Shown here in pieces: positions 51,169-62,224 of a stretch of DNA of 64,000 nt. The notes below the pieces were generated by a model. It made no database searches. It was given only the letters and a program-made list of their open reading frames with translations, and had not been told where the DNA came from. This DNA comes from the human T2T-CHM13v2.0 reference genome, Homo sapiens: NCBI RefSeq assembly GCF_009914755.1, contig NC_060933.1; one strand, given 5' to 3'. Position numbers and translations under genes: made by a program. Positions within the stretch are counted from its first letter, which is position 1. Each line of letters begins with the position of its first letter.

Positions 51169-54100
51169 AGAAGCATTCTCAGAAACTTCCTTGTGATGTG
51201 TGTACTCAAGTAACAGAGTTGAACCTTCCTTTTGAAAGAGCAGTTTTGAAGCACTCTTTTTGTAGAATCTGCAAGTGGATATTTTGATACCTTTGAGGAT
51301 TTCGTAGGACACGGGATATCTTCATATAAAATCTAGACAGAAGCATTCTCAGAAACTTCTTTGTGCTGTATGTCCTCAATTAACTGAGTTGAACCTTTGT
51401 GTGGATACAGCATTTTGGAAACATTCCTTTAGTAGAATCTGCAAGTTGATATTTAGATAGCTAGGAAGATTTCCTTGGAAACGGGAATATCTTCATATAA
51501 AATCTAGACGGAAGCATTCTCAGAAAGTGCTTTGTGATGTTTGCATTCAAGTCACAGAGTTGAATATTCCCTTTAATAGAGCAGGTTTGAAACACTCTTT
51601 CTGCACTACCTGGAAGTGGACATTTGGAGCGCTTTGAGGCCTATGTTGAAAAAGGAAATATCTTCCCATAAAAACTAGACAGAAGCATTCTCAGAAACTT
51701 GTTTGTGATGTGTGTATTCAACTAACAGAGATGAACGTTTCTTTTTACAGAGCAGTTTTGAAACACTCTTTTTGTGGAATCTGAAAGTGGATATTTGGAT
51801 AGCTTTAAGGATTTCGTTGGAAACGGGATTACATATAAAACCTAGAGAGAAGCATTCTCAGGAACTTCTTTGTGATGTTTGCATTCAAGTCACAGAACTG
51901 AACATTCCCTTTCATAGAGCAGGTTTGAAACACTCTTTCTGTAGTATCTGCAAGCTGACGTTTCAAGCGCTTTCAGGCCTATGGTGAGAAAGGAAATATC
52001 TTCAAGTAAAAACTAGACAGAAGCATTCTCAGAAACTTATTTGCCATGTGTGTTCTCAACTAACAGAGTTGAACCTTTGTTTTGATGCGGCATTTTGCAA
52101 ACACTCTTTTTGTAGAATCTGCAGGTGGATATTCGGATAGCTTTGAAGGTTTCGTTGGAAACGGGAATATCTTCATATAAAATCTAGACGGAAGCATTCT
52201 CAGAAACTGCTTTGTGATGTTTTCATTCAAGTCACAGAGTAGAATGTTCCCTGTTATATACCAGGTTTGAGACACTCTTTCTGCAGTACCTGGAAGTGGA
52301 CGTTTGGAGCGCTTTGAGGCATATGTTGAAAAAGGAAATATCTTCCCATAAAAACTAGACAGAAGCATTCTCAGAAACTTGTTTGTGATGTGTGTATTCA
52401 ACTAACAGAGATGAACCTTTCTTTTTACAGAGCAGTTTTGAAACACTCTTTTTGTGGAATCTGAAAGTGGATATTTGGATAGCTTTGAGGATTTCGTTGG
52501 AAACGGGATTACATATAAAATCTAGAGAGAAGCATTCTCAGGAACTTCTTTGTGATGTTTGCATTCACGTCACAGAACTGAACATTCCCTTTCATAGAGC
52601 ATGTTTGAAACACTCTTTCTGTAGTATCTGCAAACGGACATTTCAAACGCTTTCAGGCCTATGGTGAGAAAGGAAATATCTTCAAGTAAAAACTAGACAG
52701 AAGCATTCTCAGAAACTTATTTGCGATGTGTGTTCTCAACTAACAGAGTTGAACCTTTGTTTTGATATGGCATTTTGGAAACACTCTTTTTGTAGAATCT
52801 GCAGGTGGATATTCGGATAGCTTTGAAGGTTTCGTTGGAAACGGGAATATCTTCATATAAAATCTAGACGGAAGCATTCTCAGAAACTGCTTTGTGATGT
52901 TTTCATTCAAGTCACAGAGTAGAATGTTCCCTGTTATATACCAGGTTTGAGACACTCTTTCTGCACTACCTGGAAGTGGACGTTTGGAGCGCTTTGAGGC
53001 ATATGTTGAAAAAGGAAATATCTTCCCATAAAAACTAGACAGAAGCATTCTCAGAAACTTGTTTGTGATGTGTGTATTCAACTAACAGAGATGAACCTTT
53101 CTTTTTACAGAGCAGTTTTGAAACACTCTTTTTGTGGAATCTGAAAGTGGATATTTGGATAGCTTTGAGGATTTCGTTGGAAACGGGATTACATATAAAA
53201 TCTAGAGAGAAGCATTCTCAGGAACTTCTTTGTGATGTTTGCATTCACGTCACAGAACTGAACATTCCCTTTCATAGAGCATGTTTGAAACACTCTTTCT
53301 GTAGTATCTGCAAACGGACATTTCAAACGCTTTCAGGCCTATGGTGAGAAAGGAAATATCTTCAAATAAAAACTAGACAGAAGCATTCTCAGAAACTTAT
53401 TTGTGATGTGTGTCCTCAACTAACAGAGTTGAACCTTTCTTTTGATACAACATTTTGGAACCACTCTTTTTGTAGAATCTGCAAGTGGATATTTGGATAG
53501 CTTTGAAGGTTTCGTTGGAAACGGGAATATCTTCATATAAAATCAAGACAGAAGCATTCTCAGAAACTTCTCTGTGATGTTTGCATTCAACTCATAGAGT
53601 TGAACACTTCCCTTCATACAGCAGGTTTGAAACACTCTTTTTGTAATATTTGGAAGTGGACATTTGCAGCGCTTTGAGGCCTATGATGAAAAAGGAAATA
53701 TCTTCCCATAAAAACTAGACAGAAGCATTCTCAGAAACTTGTTTGTGATGTGTGTATTCAACTAACAGAGATGAACCTTTCTTTTTACAGAGCAGTTTTG
53801 AAACACTCTTTTTGTGGAATCTGAAAGTGGATATTTGGATAGCTTTGCGGATTTCGTTGGAAACGGGATTACATATAAAATCTAGGGAGAAGCATTCTCA
53901 GGAACTTCTTTGTGATGTTTGCGTTCAAGTCACAGAACTGAACATTCCCTTTCATAGAGCAGGTTTGAAACACTCTTTCTGTAGTATCTGCAAGCGGACG
54001 TTTGAAGCGCTTTCAGGCCTGTGGTGAAAAAGGAAATATCTTCAAATAAAAACTAGACAGAAGCATTCTCAGAAACTTATTTGCGATGTGTGTTCTCAAC

Positions 54101-54400
54101 TAAAAGAGTTGAACCTTTGTTTGGATACAGCACTTTGGAAACACTCTTTTTGTAGAATCTGCAAGTGGATATTTGGATAGCTTTGAAGGTTTCGTTGGAA
54201 ACGGGAATATCTTCATATAAAATCAAGACAGAAGCATTCTCAGAAACTTCTCTGTGATGTTTGCATTCAACTCATAGAGTTGAACACTTCCCTTCATACA
54301 GCAGGTTTGAAACACTCTTTTTCTAATATTTGGAAGTGGACATTTGCAGCGCTTTGAGGCCTATGTTGAAAAAGGAAATATCTTCTCCTAAAAACCAGAC
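51169..54400 (+). repeat. 19-mer HOR (3232 bp; T-A-[B/A-like]-B-C)
   Basis: Spacing is 3232 bp. The second tetramer has a B-type first half and an A-like second half with its own variants (ttgcgatgtgtgttc, gatatgg). Confidence 0.88.
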
Positions 54401-57400
54401 AGAAGCATTCTCAGAAACTTCCTTGTGATGTGTGTACTCAAGTAACAGAGTTGAACCTTCCTTTTGACAGAGCAGTTTTGAAGCACTCTTTTTGTAGAAT
54501 CTGCAAGTGGATATTTTGATACCTTTGAGGATTTCGTTGGACACGGGATATCTTCATATAAAATCTAGACAGAAGCATTCTCAGAAACTTCTTTGTGCTG
54601 TATGTCCTCAATTAACAGAGTTGAACCTTTGTGTGGATACAGCATTTTGGAAACATTCCTTTAGTAGAATCTGCAAGTTGATATTTAGATAGATAGGAAG
54701 ATTTCCTTGGAAACGGGAATATCTTCATATAAAATCTAGACGGAAGCATTCTCAGAAAGTGCTTTGTGATGTTTGCATTCAAGTCACAGAGTTGAATATT
54801 CCCTTTAATAGAGCAGGTTTGAAACACTCTTTCTGCACTACCTGGAAGTGGACATTTGGAGCGCTTTGAGGCCTATGTTGAAAAAGGAAATATCTTCCCA
54901 TAAAAACTAGACAGAAGCATTCTCAGAAACTTGTTTGTGATGTGTGTATTCAACTAACAGAGATGAACCTTTCTTTTTACAGAGCAGTTTTGAAACACTC
55001 TTTTTGTGGAATCTGAAAGTGGATATTTGGATAGCTATGAGGATTTCGTTGGAAACGGGATTACATATAAAACCTAGAGAGAAGCATTCTCAGGAACTTC
55101 TTTGTGATGTTTGCATTCAAGTCACAGAACTGAACATTCCCTTTCATAGAGCAGGTTTGAAACACTCTTTCTGTAGTATCTGCAAGCTGACGTTTCAAGC
55201 GCTTTCAGGCCTATGGTGAGAAAGGAAATATCTTCAAGTAAAAACTAGACAGAAGCATTCTCAGAAACTTATTTGCCATGTGTGTTCTCAACTAACAGAG
55301 TTGAACCTTTGTTTTGATGCGGCATTTTGGAAACACTCTTTTTGTAGAATCTGCAGGTGGATATTCGGATAGCTTTGAAGGTTTCGTTGGAAACGGGAAT
55401 ATCTTCATATAAAATCTAGACGGAAGCATTCTCAGAAACTGCTTTGTGATGTTTTCATTCAAGTCACAGAGTAGAATGTTCCTTGTTATATACCAGGTTT
55501 GAGACACTCTTTCTGCACTACCTGGAAGTGGACGTTTGGAGCGCTTTGAGGCCTTTGATGAAAAAGGAAATATCTTCCCATAAAAACTAGACAGAAGCAT
55601 TCTCAGAAACTTGTTTGTGATGTGTGTATTCAACTAACAGAGATGAACCTTTCTTTTTACAGACCAGTTTTGAAACACTCTTTTTGTGGAATCTGAAAGT
55701 GGATATTTGGATAGCTTTGCGGATTTCGTTGGAAACGGGATTACATATAAAATCTAGAGAGAAGCATTCTCAGGAACTTCTTTGTGATGTTTGCATTCAC
55801 GTCACAGAACTGAACATTCCCTTTCATAGAGCATGTTTGAAACACTCTTTCTGTAGTATCTGCAAACGGACATTTCAAACGCTTTCAGGCCTATGGTGAG
55901 AAAGGAAATATCTTCAAATAAAAACTAGACAGAAGCATTCTCAGAAACTTATTTGCGATGTGTGTCCTCAACTAACAGAGTTGAACCTTTCTTTTGATAC
56001 AACATTTTGGAACCACTCTTTTTGTAGAATCTGCAAGTGGATATTTGGATAGCTTTGAAGGTTTCGTTGGAAACGGGAATATCTTCATATAAAATCAAGA
56101 CAGAAGCATTCTCAGAAACTTCTCTGTGATGTTTGCATTCAACTCATAGAGTTGAACACTTCCCTTCATACAGCAGGTTTGAAACACTCTTTTTGTAATA
56201 TTTGGAAGTGGACATTTGCAGCGCTTTGAGGCCTATGATGAAAAAGGAAATATCTTCCCATAAAAACTAGACAGAAGCATTCTCAGAAACTTGTTTGTGA
56301 TGTGTGTATTCAACTAACAGAGATGAACCTTTCTTTTTACAGAGCAGTTTTGAAACACTCTTTTTGTGGAATCTGAAAGTGGATATTTGGATAGCTTTGA
56401 GGATTTCGTTGGAAATGGGATTACATATAAAATCTAGGGAGAAGCATTCTCAGGAACTTCTTTGTGATGTTTGCATTCAAGTCACAGAACTGAACATTCC
56501 CTTTCATAGAGCAGGTTTGAAACACTCTTTCTGTAGTATCTGCAAGCTGACGTTTCATGCGCTTTCAGGCCTATGGTGAGAAAGGAAATATCTTCAAGTA
56601 AAAACTAGACAGAAGCATTCTCAGAAACTTATTTGCCATGTGTGTTCTCAACTAACAGAGTTGAACCTTTGTTTTGATACGGCATTTTGGAAACACTCTT
56701 TTTGTAGAATCTGCAGGTGGATATTCGGATAGCTTTGAAGGTTTCGTTGGAAACGGGAATATCTTCATATAAAATCTAGACGGAAGCATTCTCAGAAACT
56801 GCTTGGTGATGTTTTCATTCAAGTCACAGAGTAGAATGTTCCCTGTTATATACCAGGTTTGAGACACTCTTTCTGCACTACCTTGAAGTGGACGTTTGGA
56901 GCGCTTTGAGGCCTATGTTGAAAAAAGAAATATCTTCCCATAAAAACTAGACAGAAGCATTCTCAGAAACTTGTTTGTGATGTGTGTATTCAACTAACAG
57001 AGATGAACCTTTCTTTTTACAGAGCAGTTTTGAAACACTCTTTTTGTGGAATCTGAAAGTGGATATTTGGATAGCTTTGAGGATTTCGTTGGAAACGGGA
57101 TTACATATAAAATCTAGAGAGAAGCATTCTCAGGAACGTCTTTGTGATGTTTGCATTCACGTCACAGAACTGAACATTCCCTTTCATAGAGCATGTTTGA
57201 AACACTCTTTCTGTAGTATCTGCAAACGGACATTTCAAACGCTTTCAGGCCTATGGTGAGAAAGGAAATATCTTCAAATAAAAACTAGACAGAAGCATTC
57301 TCAGAAACTTATTTGCGATGTGTGTCCTCAACTAACAGAGTTGAACCTTTCTTTTGATACAACATTTTGGAACCACTCTTTTTGTAGAATCTGCATGTGG

Positions 57401-60400
57401 ATATTTGGATAGCTTTGAAGGTTTCGTTGGAAACGGGAATATCTTCATATAAAATCAAGACAGAAGCATTCTCAGAAACTTCTCTGTGATGTTTGCATTC
57501 AACTCATAGAGTTGAACACTTCCCTTCATAGAGCAGGTTTGAAACACTCTTTTTGTAATATTTGGAAGTGGACATTTGCAGCGCTTTGAGGCCTATGATG
57601 AAAAAGGAAATATCTTCCCATAAAAACTAGACAGAAGCATTCTCAGAAACTTGTTTGTGATGTGTGTATTCAACTAACAGAGATGAACCTTTCTTTTTAC
57701 AGAGCAGTTTTGAAACACTCTTTTTGTGGAATCTGAAAGTGGATATTTGGATAGCTTTGCGGATTTCGTTGGAAACGGGATTACATATAAAATCTAGGGA
57801 GAAGCATTCTCAGGAACTTCTTTGTGATGTTTGCGTTCAAGTCACAGAACTGAACATTCCCTTTCATAGAGCAGGTTTGAAACACTCTTTCTGTAGTATC
57901 TGCAAGCGGACGTTTCAAGCGCTTTCAGGCCTGTGGTGAAAAAGGAAATATCTTCAAATAAAAACTAGACAGAAGCATTCTCAGAAACTTATTTGCGATG
58001 TGTGTTCTCAACTAAAAGAGTTGAACCTTTGTTTGGATACAGCACTTTGGAAACACTCTTTTTGTAGAATCTGCAAGTGGATATTTGGATAGCTTTGAAG
58101 GTTTCGTTGGAAACGGGAATATCTTCATATAAAATCAAGACAGAAGCATTCTCAGAAACTTCTCTGTGATGTTTGCATTCAACTCATAGAGTTGAACACT
58201 TCCCTTCATACAGCAGGTTTGAAACACTCTTTTTCTAATATTTGGAAGTGGACATTTGCAGCGCTTTGAGGCCTATGTTGAAAAAGGAAATATCTTCTCC
58301 TAAAAACCAGACAGAAGCATTCTCAGAAACTTCCTTGTGATGTGTGTACTCAAGTAACAGAGTTGAACCTTCCTTTTGACAGAGCAGTTTTGAAGCACTC
58401 GTTTTGTAGAATCTGCAAGTGGATATTTTGATACCTTTGAGGATTTCGTTGGACACGGGATATCTTCATATAAAATCTAGACAGAAGCATTCTCAGAAAC
58501 TTCTTTGTGCTGTATGTCCTCAATTAACAGAGTTGAACCTTTGTGTGGATACAGCATTTTGGAAACATTCCTTTAGTAGAATCTGCAAGTTGATATTTAG
58601 ATAGCTAGGAAGATTTCCTTGGAAACGGGAATATCTTCATATAAAATCTAGACGGAAGCATTCTCAGAAAGTGCTTTGTGATGTTTGCATTCAAGTCACA
58701 GAGTTGAATATTCCCTTTAATAGAGCAGGTTTGAAACACTCTTTCTGCACTACCTGGAAGTGGACATTTGGAGCGCTTTGAGGCCTATGTTGAAAAAGGA
58801 AATATCTTCCCATAAAAACTAGACAGAAGCATTCTCAGAAACTTGTTTGTGATGTGTGTATTCAACTAACAGAGATGAACCTTTCTTTTTACAGAGCAGT
58901 TTTGAAACACTCTTTTTGTGGGATCTGAAAGTGGATATTTGGATAGCTATGAGGATTTCGTTGGAAACGGGATTACATATAAAACCTAGAGAGAAGCATT
59001 CTCAGGAACTTCTTTGTGATGTTTGCATTCAAGTCACAGAACTGAACATTCCCTTTCATAGAGCAGGTTTGAAACACTCTTTCTGTAGTATCTGCAAGCT
59101 GACGTTTCAAGCGCTTTCAGGCCTATGGTGAGAAAGGAAATATCTTCAAGTAAAAACTAGACAGAAGCATTCTCAGAAACTTATTTGCCATGTGTGTTCT
59201 CAACTAACAGAGTTGAACCTTTGTTTTGATGCGGCATTTTGGAAACACTCTTTTTGTAGAATCTGCAGGTGGATATTCGGATAGCTTTGAAGGTTTCGTT
59301 GGAAACGGGAATATCTTCATATAAAATCTAGACGGAAGCATTCTCAGAAACTGCTTTGTGATGTTTTCATTCAAGTCACAGAGTAGAATGTTCCCTGTTA
59401 TATACCAGGTTTGAGACACTCTTTCTGCACTACCTGGAAGTGGACGTTTGGAGCGCTTTGAGGCCTTTGATGAAAAAGGAAATATCTTCCCATAAAAACT
59501 AGACAGAAGCATTCTCAGAAACTTGTTTGTGATGTGTGTATTCAACTAACAGAGATGAACCTTTCTTTTTACAGAGCAGTTTTGAAACACTCTTTTTGTG
59601 GAATCTGAAAGTGGATATTTGGATAGCTTTGCGGATTTCGTTGGAAACGGGATTACATATAAAATCTAGAGAGAAGCATTCTCAGGAACTTCTTTGTGAT
59701 GTTTGCATTCACGTCACAGAACTGAACATTCCCTTTCATAGAGCATGTTTGAAACACTCTTTCTGTAGTATCTGCAAACGGACATTTCAAACGCTTTCAG
59801 GCCTATGGTGAGAAAGGAAATATCTTCAAATAAAAACTAGACAGAAGCATTCTCAGAAACTTATTTGCGATGTGTGTCCTCAACTAACAGAGTTGAACCT
59901 TTCTTTTGATACAACATTTTGGAACCACTCTTTTTGTAGAATCTGCAAGTGGATATTTGGATAGCTTTGAAGGTTTCGTTGGAAACGGGAATATCTTCAT
60001 ATAAAATCAAGACAGAAGCATTCTCAGAAACTTCTCTGTGATGTTTGCATTCAACTCATAGAGTTGAACACTTCCCTTCATACAGCAGGTTTGAAACACT
60101 CTTTTTGTAATATTTGGAAGTGGACATTTGCAGCGCTTTGAGGCCTATGATGAAAAAGGAAATATCTTCCCATAAAAACTAGACAGAAGCATTCTCAGAA
60201 ACTTGTTTGTGATGTGTGTATTCAACTAACAGAGATGAACCTTTCTTTTTACAGAGCAGTTTTGAAACACTCTTTTTGTGGAATCTGAAAGTGGATATTT
60301 GGATAGCTTTGCGGATTTCGTTGGAAACGGGATTACATATAAAATCTAGGGAGAAGCATTCTCAGGAACTTCTTTGTGATGTTTGCATTCAAGTCACAGA

Positions 60401-62224
60401 ACTGAACATTCCCTTTCATAGAGCAGGTTTGAAACACTCTTTCTGTAGTATCTGCAAGCTGACGTTTCATGCGCTTTCAGGCCTATGGTGAGAAAGGAAA
60501 TATCTTCAAGTAAATACTAGACAGAAGCCTTCTCAGAAACTTATTTGCCATGTGTGTTCTCAACTAACAGAGTTGAACCTTTGTTTTGATACGGCATTTT
60601 GGAAACACTCTTTTTGTAGAATCTGCAGGTGGATATTCGGATAGCTTTGAAGGTTTCGTTGGAAACGGGAATATCTTCATATAAAATCTAGACGGAAGCA
60701 TTCTCAGAAACTGCTTGGTGATGTTTTCATTCAAGTCACAGAGTAGAATGTTCCCTGTTATATACCAGGTTTAAGACACTCTTTCTGCACTACCTGGAAG
60801 TGGACGTTTGGAGCGCTTTGAGGCCTTTGATGAAAAAGGAAATATCTTCCCATAAAAACTAGACAGAAGCATTCTCAGAAACTTGTTTGTGATGTGTGTA
60901 TTCAACTAACAGAGATGAACCTTTCTTTTTACAGAGCAGTTTTGAAACACTCTTTTTGTGGAATCTGAAAGTGGATATTTGGATAGCTTTGCGGATTTCG
61001 TTGGAAACGGGATTACATATAAAATCTAGGGAGAAGCATTCTCAGGAACTTCTTTGTGATGTTTGCGTTCAAGTCACAGAACTGAACATTCCCTTTCATA
61101 GAGCAGGTTTGAAACACTCTTTCTGTAGTATCTGCAAACGGACATTTCAAACGCTTTCAGGCCTATGTTGAGAAAGGAAATATCTTCAAATAAAAACTAG
61201 ACAGAAGCATTCTCAGAAACTTATTTGCGATGTGTGTCCTCAACTAACAGAGTTGAACCTTTCTTTTGATACAACATTTTGGAACCACTCTTTTTGTAGA
61301 ATCTGCAAGTGGATATTTGGATAGCTTTGAAGGTTTCGTTGGAAACGGGAATATCTTCATATAAAATCAAGACAGAAGCATTCTCAGAAACTTCTCTGTG
61401 ATGTTTGCATTCAACTCATAGAGTTGAACACTTCCCTTCATACAGCAGGTTTGAAACACTCTTTTTGTAATATTTGGAAGTGGACATTTGCAGCGCTTTG
61501 AGGCCTATGATGAAAAAGGAAATATCTTCCCATAAAAACTAGACAGAAGCATTCTCAGAAACTTGTTTGTGATGTGTGTATTCAACTAACAGAGATGAAC
61601 CTTTCTTTTTACAGAGCAGTTTTGAAATACTCTTTTTGTGGAATCTGAAAGTGGATATTTGGATAGCTTTGCGGATTTCGTTGGAAACGGGATTACATAT
61701 AAAATCTAGGGAGAAGCATTCTCAGGAACTTCTTTGTGATGTTTGCGTTCAAGTCACAGAACTGAACATTCCCTTTCATAGAGCAGGTTTGAAACACTCT
61801 TTCTGTAGTATCTGCAAGCGGACGTTTCAAGCGCTTTCAGGCCTGTGGTGAAAAAGGAAATATCTTCAAATAAAAACTAGACAGAAGCATTCTCAGAAAC
61901 TTATTTGCGATGTGTGTTCTCAACTAAAAGAGTTGAACCTTTGTTTGGATACAGCACTTTGGAAACACTCTTTTTGTAGAATCTGCAAGTGGATATTTGG
62001 ATAGCTTTGAAGGTTTCGTTGGAAACGGGAATATCTTCATATAAAATCAAGACAGAAGCATTCTCAGAAACTTCTCTGTGATGTTTGCATTCAACTCATA
62101 GAGTTGAACACTTCCCTTCATACAGCAGGTTTGAAACACTCTTTTTCTAATATTTGGAAGTGGACATTTGCAGCGCTTTGAGGCCTACGTTGAAAAAGGA
62201 AATATCTTCTCCTAAAAACCAGAC
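54401..62224 (+). repeat. Two tandem 23-mer HORs of type II (T-A-B-[C/A]-B-C), 3912 bp each
   Basis: Markers at 54401, 58313 and 62225. Shared private variants at +3912: gctatgagg, gcctttgatg, gcttggtgat and catgcgctt. Confidence 0.88.
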
